Assembly (NCBI GenBank): GCA_051294905.1
Contig: CM119372.1
Location: forward strand, 17,982,001 to 18,046,000
Direction of reading: 5' to 3'
DNA length: 64,000 nt
DNA from: Botryllus schlosseri
Taxonomy: Eukaryota
Positions 1 to 12,182 of the stretch are shown here, piece after piece. Below the pieces are notes generated by a model that searched no databases, had not been told where the DNA came from, and saw nothing but the letters and a program-made list of their open reading frames with translations. Position numbers and translations under genes: made by a program. Within the stretch, counting starts at the first letter, position 1; each line of letters begins with the position of its first letter.

Positions 1-1424
1 TATGCAGTCTACGCGGCCGCGTGTCTATTTTCGAAAGCGAAATCGATTATCGTAAATTAGGTCTTGGACAAAGCAACGATAGCAGCGCGTCGTATAATAC
101 CCGAGCTAGGGAGTTATTATAAACCTGATCCTCGCACCGCCAACGAGCCGTAACCACAATTCTAATACCGCAACAATCCATACACAATTATACCGGGAGC
201 TTTCAAAATACCAGTTGACGGGCTTCGAGCGATTGTCGACACGTGATCCGTGCTCTGTGATCCGTAACAATATCTAGAGCTTTATTTACATGGTTATTCT
301 TTCTGGTTCTCGAGAACTCGAGTTGACGCGTATATTTATAGACGTAACAGATCATTTCCACCGTTATAATTTCAGTCAATAAGCAGAGTACGATTCCAGT
401 ATGACACAGACCGTAGGCGTCGCTTTGCCCAACCAAACGCATCGACACCTAAAACGCGCACCAGGATATCCCGTGTCAGGAGAAAACTCTGCGTCAGACA
501 ATCATTACCAATCCACATCGTACTATAAACTATTAACACTCGGATGGATACGCTTCGTTTTTTTTTGTAAGTAAGTGAGAATCCACTTTGGCGTATCATC
601 TGGCCGGACGCGCGTTGACAATCCACCTAAAACACGCACCGGGATCTCACATACGGATCCGAAGGAACAAATACTATACTATTGTTGTTCATAGGGGGAA
701 ATATAACAATACTATACTGTTGTTGTTCGGGGGAAATATAAAAATTACTAGTAAGTACATACCATCGAAATTAAAAGCCAATCCATTGTTATTCGAGGGA
801 AAATATAATAAATAATACACAAGTCTCGTGTCCAGAGGTCAGGCGAGGTAGAATCAGGAGTGGAAAAGTACAAGTAGAATGACTCCAGTTTGATGTCTGA
901 GTACAAAGGTCAATCCAGATTCTTTGTTCGTTTTCTCTCTAATTATTCCCCTTTTTTAATTGCCGCACAGTCAGAAGGGAAATCCCCTCGAGTATTGCTG
1001 CAGAATTGAGAATGAGCTAATTCTTTCACTATCTTTTATATTCATAATTCTTGTTTGTTTAAGTTAAATCGTGTTTTGGCACATTCCGCCCATTTATCAA
1101 ACTACTAACATTAAACGGAGCACCGCCGACGGCGATTAACATTTAACCTTAAAATCCCAGAACATCGGCGACACCTTCGATATTATTATCTTCAGCAGCT
1201 GAAATGTCTCATGTCCATGACATCCACATTAGTTGAGTTGAAAAAATTATGAGGGCCCAATACCAGCCTGTGGGGTTGCATGACAATGTGCTGTTTCCAC
1301 CCTGGATAGGAGGGGGCACAAGAAACATTTATTGACAGCTCAAGGGGTACGAGCGTACCGTACTCTTTAAGGGTGTATTACTTTGGTAGGATGTACTGGG
1401 GTGTACCAAATATCAGTAGGGGTC

Positions 1425-4400
1425 TCAGCTTTCCCGTGGCCACTTACTGGCCACAGATTTTTTTGTGGCCGGCCACGAATATCTGGTGGCCGGCCATGAA
1501 AATGCGTTGTCTCGTGGCCGGCCACAGTGAATTTCATGGCCGGCCATAAGAATTCATCATGGCCGGCCACGAGTTCATGGCCAGTTCGTGATTTTGGCAC
1601 ATCTAGTTGGATCAAAATCCGCCCTTTGCATCCAAGTTGACAATAGTCAAGTAGATCTTCTTCATTTGCAATACGAACTTGCTGGTGGCAAGGTTTGTAT
1701 AGACGACATCCACTATATTATCGCACGTACCAAAGTTACATTACCACTTTATTGAGTAGTTTAGGGATGGGTTCAAAATTTGCACGGCTTTACACGTGTT
1801 ACCTTCTCTGTTCGCTGTAGAAATGAATTTAATTCCCACTGACTATTGAAAAAGTACTCTGGGCGGTGCGTTGTAAACTAACACCGAAACATACGTTCCT
1901 TGAACTTTCTAGAATCTAAATAAATATTTGATAGAGTAATGTATGAGCGTACTGCGTACATCTTATTGCTCGGTCAGACAAACGTCTCTACATTAAAACT
2001 GGTGTCCACACAGCTTCCACGCCAGGCGATCAACACAATGGGATTGCGTGGAAAGATAAAACCGTGGTGCAGACTCGATAGCCTTACAGTGTCTTCGCAT
2101 CTCCGTCGCCCAAGCCCATTAGTGATGCAAACGTAGATAACCTGACTCCCTGCCCCTCTTTCGTTTTCTACATAAAGAAACCGTCATATTTTGCTACAAA
2201 AAGTTTGTTTATTCCGTTACCAATTTCACAAAATCTGAAGCAATTGAAGATATGATCACAATCATTCACAATTCATATACAAGTAGTTGCATGAATGCAA
2301 TGTGTCCAGTACATGCTTTTCACAGAAAACACCCAGGGGCACGAGGGATCAGATGCACTTTACACGGTGATAAGTATTATTTGCACTGCATTCAAATGTC
2401 GAATCTTAATGAACGATTGGGACTTGTCTGTGTCATCAAGATTGTTCGCTGAATTGCAGATTGTTCCCTGCATCAACCACAAATATATCATGCCGATTGG
2501 TCAATTCGCAGGCTTGGCATGGGCATTTTTCCGTCGATCGATGGCGCTGAATTTGATGTCGCATCGATCGATGATGCTGCCTTTGATGACGCAAAGTATC
2601 TGAAGTTATCTATTATTATAACAGTAATTTAATTATATAGCAGGCACATTTACGTCCTATGCCCACCATATCGGTTAGCAGCTTGATCAAACAACGACAT
2701 GCGATACAAAACGATCCTTGCACCCAAGTATAATCAAGTATCCTCTGGCATACACGGCATCGTTAGTGACTGCGACATGCATCTCATTCGTACAATGTTC
2801 TTAGATTCATCGACACGATTCTCATCGTGCAAATGAGTGCAAGCTCCATTGATGTTGAGGATCTCGAACGTCGTATGTATTGTATAGCAGTACGATAATC
2901 AAATATGTATATAACCGTATATCGCGGACTCATCATAGACCTGATACAGAAAGGAAGGATTGTATCAGCCTGGCATTATCCAATTCACAGCTATTCAGCT
3001 ATACGAAAGATAACAAACTATGGAATTGTTTGCAACTACATGTCCTATAGCGTTGGAAAGACATATCAGTAAAACTGCACTCAAACCACTGCAGAAACTA
3101 CAGCATAAAGTACTCCGAATCATAGCTAGGGCCCCAAAGGGGCCTGGCTGCCCATCCAATAAGTCGCTGCTGAAGAGATTCGGCGTCCTAAACATAGAAG
3201 ATATGCGGAAACTAGAAATCGCCAAGTTTATGTATCAGTTTCACTGCGGTCGTTGCCCCGAATATTTCAATGACTTCTTTACCTCTGAATCAAAAGCGCA
3301 CAAGTACAACACACGCGCGTCCACGTCGTCCAAATATCATATGATCGACCGAAAAGATCATCGCTCCATCAAATATGCCGGACCTGATGTGTGGAACAGT
3401 ATCCCGCCGGCCATCCGATAGTCGACGAGCATGTCCACATTCAAGTCGAAATACAAGCAATTACTACTAAATAAATACAGTCCATCCTCAAGATTACCGG
3501 ACCACGACTGACCTATCGATCTCGCTTCCCATGACATGCCGCCCTATTTCTTGTCGCATTCTTTTTCTATACTATCTTCTTTACTTTCATTCAGTGTGCA
3601 TGCCTCCTCTTTACATCGCCTAGGCCTAGGTGGGTGTCAGATTCCATAGACTACTCCTTGTCGCTTCGACATCTTCCTGTCTTTTCATTGTATCGCATTT
3701 TTGTGGTGTATTGAACTGATAAAATTTGCTAATAAACCAATGATGATGATCAGATCGGGGGAAGCACCGGCCACAGCGAGCTGCGAGCTGCTCTGTGGCC
3801 GGCCACAGAATGTTATGTGGATTTCACAGCTTTTCTGGAACTTGAAACAGTACTTTCCACATATTCTTGGTTCTTTGATTCCCTAATTGTTTCGTTCGGG
3901 TACTTTCATTACGGTATTTAGTATTGAAAACAAGAAAACAGGTAAAATGACCGCATATTGACCGATCCAGTATCTCGATGGAACAGATTATGCATTCAAG
4001 GAGGTATATAGTCGAGTCTACTTTAAGCGTAAATCGAAAATCGGCAGTGAATTAAGACAAATTCCCAGTACAGTATTGTATTATTCATAAATTCATCAGG
4101 GCAATCCACGAAAGATTTTAAACTGCCCCTACAAACATCCTTAAACTGCATGATCAAATATATATGTATTACTTATTCGCATCGCAGACTCATCATAAAC
4201 GATAAACATGGTTGAAAAATGAAGGACACTATCATCATCATATTGTTTAATCGTAGGTTTGCATATTTACAAAATAAAACTAACTATACAATCGATTGCA
4301 ACTGCACAATGCACATTGCACAATGCACATCTTACGGTTGAAAATCAAGATCAGAACGGGGGAAGCACCGGCCACAGCGAGCTCTGATCTGTTCTGTGGC

Positions 4401-5160
4401 CGGCCACAGAATGTCATGTGAATCTCACAGCTTTTGGGGAACTTATAGAGATTTTCTGACGTATATCTGGTATACATTGTTTTTTCCAATTCTATGCAGT
4501 TGCATACGATTAGCTGTGACGAGTGTCAGCCGAATATTTAGGTCTATTTCTATAAAAAAGATACAAATCAACACTTACCAGTTACCAGTTTTGGTCGTGT
4601 CTTCATCGCTTCTAGCTTTCTATACCATTATTTCCTGTTTCATTTAGCGGATATTCCCCTTTTTAATGCATTCTTTACATCATTTTTTGTGTTTTTAATT
4701 GATATATAGAGACTATTCCAGATCGTTCCATCTTCTTCCTATCGTTTCATTGTATCGCTATTCTTCTGGTATTTCGGGGGGAAATGCATATAAACTGAGC
4801 TAAACTCTCGCTCTCACCTAGTTCTATTTACTGTACGCCCATAATAGAACATAATTGACCATGCATTTGACCACGATTGGGCCACATACAGTACTTATCA
4901 TCGATTCTAACTTGATATATTGCAGCCGGCCATGAAATTTGGCTATGGCCGGCCATGAAATTTAGTCATGGCCGGCCATGAGAATGAGTTTGACATGGCC
5001 GGCCATGGAAATTTCATGGCCGGCCATACTGAAATTTCATGGCCGGCCATGAAAATCACCATGGCCGGCCACAGAATAGCACTTTTCATGGCCGGCCACG
5101 GAATATCTGTGGCCGGCCACGAAATTATCCGTGGCCAGTAAGTGGCCACGGGAATGCTGA
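1425..5160. mobile_element. Large non-autonomous TIR DNA transposon with subterminal GGCCGGCCA repeat arrays (contains a nested LINE fragment)
   Basis: Left end TCAGCTTTCCCGTGGCCACTTACTGGCCAC (from 1425) is the near-perfect reverse complement of the right end GTGGCCAGTAAGTGGCCACGGGAATGCTGA (to 5160). Arrays of GGCCGGCCA(T/C) occur at 1467-1570 and 4925-5120. No clear TSD and no transposase seen. Confidence 0.75.
3020..3750 (+). mobile_element. 5'-truncated LINE (CR1/L2/Crack-like) ORF2 C-terminus with 3' UTR and tail
   Basis: Translation LQKLQHKVLRII...LNIEDMRKLEIAKFMYQF...HKYNTRA...SIKYAGPDVWNSIPPAIR*STSMSTFKSKYKQLLL matches the typical post-RT C-terminus of these LINEs. It ends in AATAAA followed by (TGA)n at about 3731-3750. 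Confidence 0.8.
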
Positions 5161-6009
5161 AAGTCCGTCTCCCAAATATTGCACTATGTACCGATCACAA
5201 GCTATCACATTATAGGCAAGTTTATGCTTCAGAGTCAAATTGACCGGTTGTAAAGTATGGTACAATATTTGTCTCCGAGTGTAAGCAGCTTGTAAATTAC
5301 ATTCTCTTTGTGATATCATTTGCAAATATTTCTTCTACTAATTATAATTTTAAAGTAGAACAGGATTGAGTTAAAATATGTTTTGCTTGCGACTTCTGTC
5401 TTTGGTGCAATATACATAAATGCAACGCACATTCAAAGTTACAGTTTTTACTGTTGTTTGCCAAATGTAAATATAGGTATGTTTTTCCAGAATTCCAGTG
5501 TTGGCCTAAAATTTATATAAGAGGCATGCGCATGCACTGCAATAAAAGTAACGGAAAATAACATAAAACAGGGGTTCTTAAAGTATGGGTCGCGCGAAGG
5601 GTACAAATGTTGGTCGCGAGCACCCAAAGCGATTACGAAATTTTGCAACAACAATATTTTTTCGCACTTTGCGCGATATCCTGTTCTTGATTTGTACATA
5701 TACAAGGTCACTGTGATGAGTACTGGTCAATGCGAGACACGCACAAAAGTCCTTACTACAAAGGAATGATCATGAAAATGTACCCACCTTCGTATTATAC
5801 AAATTGGTTTGATGTCATGATAAGATTTGACTGGCATTGGTTTCTCTGGAGCGGTCTAACTTGCGCCGGTGCTACTCGGGCAGGATAGACGGAGGGAAAG
5901 AGCGCAGCCGTAACTTCCACATCCCATAGTTTTTATGAATAAGCATAATTTAAAGAAATAATCGACTTCCTCCGCAATTGTGAAACAGCAGAATATTGGT
6001 ATCATCGTT

Positions 6010-6281
6010 TCAACGGCGCCGGAGACCGTTGGGTGCTAGGGGTGTGCAACGGTAGATCGAGGCCGCCATGTCCGCCCACGCCGGGACACATGAAGACATA
6101 TTCGAAAAAACCTTGGTCCAAAATGACCGTTGCTGGTTGGCCAGTCTTCGAAATAGTCGGCACCGAATATATAGTCTCGTCCTTGCCATCTGAGCCCGGT
6201 AGTACAAATGTGGCCAACAGAGGAAAATAATGCACCCCGATTCGAAACAGCGTGCGTCACACATGTTTAATAGAGATGCAA
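6010..6281 (-). pseudogene. Decayed canonical-type IL-17 cystine-knot exon
   Basis: Acceptor TTTCCTCCGCAG at 6282-6283. IL-17-like motifs follow in two alternating frames: DARCFESGCI, then GSDGKDETIYSVPT, then LFRRLANQQRSFWTKVFSNMSSCVP. Compare IL-17F EAQCRNLGCI..GKEDISMNSVPI..VVRR..SFQLEKVLVTVGCTCVTP. Frameshifts are present and the first Cys of the terminal CxC is lost. Confidence 0.55.
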
Positions 6282-6380
6282 CTGCGGAGGAAATGCCAAA
6301 TCAAATCACCCCTCGATACCGGGCTAAGATCAGACATATCGACTTACCTGACACATGCACCTCTTTTTCATCCTTTATAG

Positions 6381-8160
6381 CAGTGGTTCTCAACCGCCGG
6401 TCCGCGGACCGGTGCCGGTCCGCGACAACATTCCTGCCGGTCCGCGAGGTATATTACAATTTTATACTTCAATTTCAAGGTGTAATGTTGAAGGCTTGTT
6501 CATTGATAGAATAAATAAAACATCAAATTTTATAATAATTCAGAAGTTCGTGAGGTAGCATTTTGCAAATGAACCTAAATCATAGCGTATTTTTCTGAAT
6601 TTGTTTCCAATATTTTTCAATTTCTTTTCGCGATTTGCGCGATTTAGTGTCACTGAATGTCTTGCTTATTAGTTGCCCTTCTCCGAGATATACGCATGAT
6701 TTACAGAAATAGGTATTTCGGCGTCAGCCAATATCCAGCCACGACGTACCAACCCCTAATGAAGTATAGGCTAACATGGAGTCATTGCACATTTTGACTC
6801 GAGTCAAGTCAAGTCAATTAATTTTCGAAGGTGACTCGAGTCAAGTCAAGTCACTCGATTTTTGGAGGTGACTCGAGTCAAGTCGAGTCAAGTCAAGTCA
6901 AGTCACGAGTCAACTCAAAATTCAAGTCAAGTTGCCTTTTCGAAGTATGAAGCATGGTTACGTCTTTGCATTTCGCTAGGTGTCTGAATAACCGATTGAT
7001 TGGTCATCGTTTCTGAGCCGATGAACGAATATAGAGTTAATTATACATGTAATAAGGGGCTGTATCGCTCACTTATACGTAGAACTGTTAAACTACGTAA
7101 GTAATTGCATAGCCTCATTTTATAGTTGCCAGCTAAGATAGAGAATCGAGAAACGAATTGATAAGATGCAAAACGGAACCCATGTATACATATTGATATG
7201 ATACAATTCAATTCTGCGCCAATGGTTGAGGAGAATATAAGCGATATTCGATTTCAATTTCAGTGAAACAAGAGGTTTGGTTAAGGTAAGAACAGAGAGC
7301 AGAAATATATATTTTGCTATTAAATTCCTTTGCTACTAGTTTACGACAACGTAAGCTTTAGCTTCGATCACTTCGTTTGGGGTCAATATATTTGTGAGAG
7401 AATATTGGAGGCTCAGTAAAACGCACGATCATTGAATGATCGATCGCTCTCATGGGTTACACAAGTGTTTGGTGAACAATCCGAACATATGCAACATAAG
7501 GTGATTTTTACTTGATGACTTGAAATTGACTCTTGAATTTTGCTCCGAGTCACGAGTCAATCCACATTTCTGATACGCCGAGTCAAGTCAAGTCAAGTCA
7601 TTTTAGCAAAGTGACTCGAGTCAAGTCAAGTCATACGAAGAAGGTGACTTGAGTCGGACTCGAGTCAAGTCATGACTCGAGTCATCCCAACACTGATAGC
7701 CGGTATAGTTGCTGCAAGGTGTTTTCCTGCGGCACACACTGTATTCGTAGTTGTCAGAGTAGCGTATGCGTCTGATGGAAGTGGGCAATGAGCAAGGTAG
7801 CACGGCAAGGTGCTCGGTTTGACTTGGTGCTTGGTTCGAGTTGGTTTGGTCGGTTATACCCACGGCCTTCGGCGCGAAAGACTGTGAACGACTCTCGGCG
7901 GTAGCACGTTTATCTGGATAAGGCAGTTTTACCTCGATTCAGCAGACTGACTACCATAAAATCACATGGATACTATCATGAAGATAATTAATAAAGATCA
8001 AAACCCTTTAGTAAATGTCACTCTCTAGCACCATATAATTGCAAAAAACGGTTGCATACTTTACATTTTGGCTTCATTTCAATCTTGGAAGTGCACCGGT
8101 CCGCCAGACATTTTAAAAAATTTTACCGGTCCGCGAGGTGAAAAAGGTTGAGAACCACTG
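6381..8160. mobile_element. hAT (Charlie/Buster-type) non-autonomous element
   Basis: TIRs CAGTGGTTCTCAACC / GGTTGAGAACCACTG, with an exact 8-bp TSD CTTTATAG at 6373-6380 and 8161-8168. Confidence 0.9.
6776..7695. mobile_element. Nested MITE with (GAGTCAAGTCAAGTCA)n subterminal repeats
   Basis: GACTCGAGTCAAGTCAAGTCA arrays at about 6795-6930 and 7545-7685. The right end ...CATCCCAACACTG resembles a hAT TIR; the left TIR is not recognisable. Confidence 0.6.
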
Positions 8161-8696
8161 CTTTATAGGTCAGTAGTTCCCAAACTTTTTACACCACGAC
8201 TCAAGTCTGAGTTTTAATTCATCGCGCGACCCCAGCCTCACGCATCGACATGATTTCATTTTAACGTCAGTGGGCTACGTATTTATAGGCATTTATGAGA
8301 ATAGAGAAGGCGCGAACAACATCTTGTGGCTTTGCTCATCATTATTCCGATTAGCATCACTACAGATTTAGTGTATTATGTAATTATGTTGACTGGGGAG
8401 TGCAAGTTTTGAGCAAAACTACTGCTATATAGGCTATCTGGACTGATCCGTAAGCTCTGAGTGCTCTACAGTCTACTACACGAACATAGTCGGTTACTAA
8501 ATTACGAGAAGCGCTATTGATGCTATTATGTCCAAATTTGAGGCCTACTACGGTTTTGCTACTACATGTTGTATACGCTGTGGACATAATGCTCATTGTT
8601 CATCAATCAGGAGCAATGGGATCCTATTATTAATACGCTCATTTCCCACGATTCAAAGTATATCATATATTTCTCGATCTCATGAATGAATGGTTA

Positions 8697-9903
8697 GGTA
8701 TGTACCTATCAAGCTGTATGCCACGAGGTCGATAAGTACCACAACCACACCGCAACACGTAAGGAACTCTTGCGTGGCAATAATAGCCGTCTATCGTAGT
8801 GTCGATTGTTTCCTGTTCTGAAAAACACTACGTTTAACTTCTTCAACTGCTATATCGTTTCGCAGAATACGCTTGTCGGATATCACGTTGATTTTCAGCG
8901 CAGGCGTTTCAGGGTGTTAGCTAGTCAGAGTGCGGGAATAATTATGCAGCGCGGCCCTGGTACAGTTATTGGTGAAGTAGCTCAGCAGTGCTAGTTCAGC
9001 GAAATCAGGCTGCTTTTGCCTTAGCGACAGGTATCTTGTGAGTTTTGTCTTGCTACAGACTTATTGCCGAGCCGGTGTGGCGTGCCGCCAAGTCGAAATT
9101 AGTACTGTGACTAATGACTATATATAGACTCGCACTCCAACATCAGCCGACATGTAGCGTAAATCTATTCATTTTCGATTTGTTCGAAAATGATTATAGC
9201 TTTCCATGCATGATTATGATTAGTGTACAACGTGTTTGACCATCTGCAATGCAGTGGTGGAAGTCGGTGACGGCCCATCATCGCATAGGGCCGAATACGC
9301 AGTGCTCATTCGACACGCTGCAACTTTCTGGCGATACCAAAGCGAAGGAAACTTGAGCGGGATTCCTTAACACTTTGGCTACCAATGCCTATTATGGAAA
9401 TTTGAAGTAAACGCCAGCAAACAATGAATTTTCGACTATTTGGACATTTAGCTGGAATCGGGCGTGCTGATCAGTGCAAATCTTGTGCATCTTATGAAAA
9501 GATTTTTTTCAATATCAAGGAATTATAAAAGTATCGCAATTATTCGGCTGCTCATTTTATGAAAAGACACCTAGTGGTCAAACCAAAAAAGGTTGACCTA
9601 TTGTATACAGATGTGATTTTTAAAAAATGCTTCCGGTAACGAAAATGGTCGTTTCTGACCACAAGCCTATTGAGTAGCCCCGAATACACCCGTAATCCGT
9701 GGATAGAACCAATTCCGGACTTCACTGTACGCATTTGAAAAATATCCCAAATATAGGATCGCTGGCACTTTATGGTATTGAGTAAAATCCTAAATTTATG
9801 ATTGCTGGCAGTCAAAGTGTTAAGAGATGTGATACTGTTCAATATGGGCTCGGCTACCAGCAAACAGAACTAAGAGCGTACGTATATTTACAGACCATGG
9901 TCA
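8697..9903 (-). pseudogene. Possible 5' part (signal peptide and pro-region) of a decayed secreted-protein gene, probably belonging with the 6010-6281 IL-17-like exon
   Basis: ATG near 9903 leads (with a frameshift) into the hydrophobic stretch NIRTLLVLFAGSRA. The duplicate copy at about 24720 reads MTV*SVNIRALLILLAASQA. A long near-open frame at about 8700-9060 has stops and ends near a GT donor-like site at about 8705. Confidence 0.3.
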
Positions 9904-10279
9904 TTTTGAAGTTCCGACTCAGGTCATTGCCAGTAATCCCGTCCCTAGGCAAATCAATATAAACCTATAGCCTACTCGGAGTCTTGCCGTGCAGTCGGTA
10001 GTACTAAGTGACAAGGCGCAAGGGCGTTTCTAATAAATTAACGTTCTGGCGCGCAATTATCGTGTGAAATCACAAACTCAACTTTGCCAAATCATGGTGC
10101 GATACAATTAATTTACAAAACCCGCACATCAGTTAATATAGGAATGTCCAGCGGAAAGAGCAGAAAAATAGTATTTATTTCAAAGATCGTTTAGCTATTT
10201 TTTAGGTAAAGTAGAACGTGTGTAATAAATATTAACTATATAAATAATATTGGTATTTGCGTCGCATCACTCTAAATAG

Positions 10280-12100
10280 TCATCTTCGGGCCTCGTCAAG
10301 CCGAATCCTTTCTTTATGTCGATAGCCTTCGGGAGTCAATGCGCAACTGGAAACGAAAATAATTCGGTTTCATGATTGACCGGAAATGCTCTCTGTAATA
10401 TTCCAGAACATTCTGCTCCAATTCGCAGTTTCCTGCTGTTACAAGACTCTGAATTCTAGGTTTAAGGCAAAATTTCATTTTGGTTTTATGAATACGAAAA
10501 TCAGTCCTATGAACTTAGACTAATTAAATCATTTAATCAGGTTTAATAATATTTTCATCGTTTCAAAACATCACAAGACTGCGATACAATGAAAAGATAG
10601 GAAGGTGTCGAAACAACTTGGAGTAGCCTTTAAGATCAGACACCCACCTTAGTCATTGCGAAGTAAATAAGAGGCACGCACACTGAATGAAAAGTAATGC
10701 AGAGAATATAAGAGTCATGTTGCTGTGTCGATTATTCAGAGCGAACATTTCGCGCTTCAATTGTAGACACTTCCAAGGAGTTTGGAGCCTTAAAAAGCGT
10801 AACGGGACCACTGACCAACCTGCATCCGATAACGTTTCTTAGATGATACGTTTCTTCGCCGATGATAAAAGGCATTATATAAGATATCTCGCGGACTTGA
10901 AAGTACATCCGACTAAGCTTTGCTTCCACGAGGGGCCTGGTGCACGATTGTTCGCATTGGATGAACTCGAAAGCCGATGGGGTCACACCTGCACATTCAA
11001 CTCTGAAATATCGATACGATTACTTAGTCACAATTAGTCATACGATCGCTTGGTCACTTAGTGGATTCCACATAGGGCCTACTTGAAGCATGACTGTCAC
11101 TCTAGACTGAAGTCTTCAATCCACAATGTGGATTCCACTAGCATTTTAGACCAAGTTATTTTTGACCAACCCTAATGTGGATTGTGGATGTAGTTAACCG
11201 TGCATATGTGCAGGTGACGCGATGCTTTCATGTCAAAATCTTGGTACGATATATAACACGATGGTGGACTAGGTTTCATCGCATCCGACAAATGCTACGA
11301 TGATAATGATATATATATATATATATATATATTTGAACGTTTTTTCTAGGGTCATTATCCTTTCGGTGTTGACCAATGTTCCCCTGCGCAGAGACCTAGT
11401 CAGCACTGCGCAATTGCACACGTGCGCAGCTTAGAGAGAACATTGGTGTTGACCATGACTATTCTATAGCACATAGTTAATGGTTATGCCGGTCCACGCT
11501 CATCCCATTTAATGCTCAATTGCTGTTTTGACTTGGTTTGTTCCCGTCATAAAGCGACAGCCAAAATGCGAAGGAAAAATGCAAACCAAGCTCACTGATA
11601 AGTGCAGTATCCAACAAACTCGCCGTGCTCACATTGCTTCTCTGTCAATTCGTGTCTCAGACCTTGAGACTCCACAAACCTAAAATTCAAAACTGTGTTC
11701 AGGTGTTCTCTGTTCAGTTCAGGTACAGCATAGTGTACTATACAGGACATTATGGTTACAGTGCAGCACGCAACAAGTGCTGTCGGTCGCTATTCATAGG
11801 ATTTGCAAAACTCCGAATCACGTTCGTGTCAGAGATTTGATCAGTAGAGAATTGGATCGGACAGTAGCATTTTTTTGATAAGTTCTCAATTAAGCCTCAA
11901 GCAATCAATAGGAATACATGCTCCCAGTACCTACCGAATAGATGGGGATGTGAAGTTATTCTCGCCGTGAATTCCATACGATCCAGGAATGGAACACGCA
12001 ACCCAAGCCATTATAAGGAGAGCCATAATCTGTGAATCATAAATGATTGTTCAAAAATATTGTCAATAGTGAATTAACAGCGATGACTTACCTTCATCAT
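10280..12100 (-). CDS. Secreted divergent IL-17-like cystine-knot protein, paralog A (145 aa, 5 exons)
   Basis: Exons 12100-12092, 12029-11935, 11679-11596, 11002-10820 and 10346-10280 are all GT-AG and phase-compatible. Protein: MMKIMALLIMAWVACSIPGSYG-IHGENNFTSPSIRFVESQGLRHELTEKQCEHGEFVGYCTYQVECAGVTPSAFEFIQCEQSCTRPLVEAKLSRMYFQVREISYIMPFIIGEETYHLRNVIGCSCALTPEGYRHKERIRLDEARR*. It has a signal peptide plus PS..xxxCxxxC and IGCSC motifs. The gene model is solid; the IL-17 assignment is motif-based inference. Confidence 0.8.
10560..10740 (-). mobile_element. LINE 3'-UTR fragment (same family as 3020-3750) in intron 4 of paralog A
   Basis: Reverse complement resembles 3580-3700 (TTCATTCAGTGTGC..GGTGGGTGTC..CTACTCC..TTTTCATTGTATCGCA). 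It is absent from the equivalent intron of paralog B. Another copy lies at about 55320-55515 (+). Confidence 0.6.
11374..11445. mobile_element. 72-bp hAT-type MITE in intron 3 of paralog A
   Basis: Ends CAATGTTC / GAACATTG, flanked by an exact 8-bp TSD GTGTTGAC. Confidence 0.8.
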
Positions 12101-12172
12101 TGTGCAAGACAGCTGTGGTTATGAAAGTAAAACTCGATTTGCTTATAATACGGCGAACATCCCGCATCCTCA

Positions 12173-12182
12173 TTTATATATA
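12173..12182 (-). promoter_or_regulatory. Putative TATA box of paralog A
   Basis: TATATATAAA on the minus strand about 75 bp upstream of the ATG. A similar TATATATAG occurs upstream of paralog B (about 26438-26446). Confidence 0.45.

Noticed and set aside
1..1000. Short ORFs and three imperfect ~36-bp repeats (TTGTTGTTC..GGGGAAATATAA, about 670-812)
   Set aside because: No recognisable protein motif, termini or TSD. It may be transposon-internal sequence, but that cannot be supported.
4925..5120. Regularly spaced GGCCGGCCA repeats, superficially CRISPR-like, and the WPAM-repeat ORFs they create
   Set aside because: The repeats are too short with short similar spacers, there are no cas genes and the context is eukaryotic. 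They are transposon subterminal repeats.
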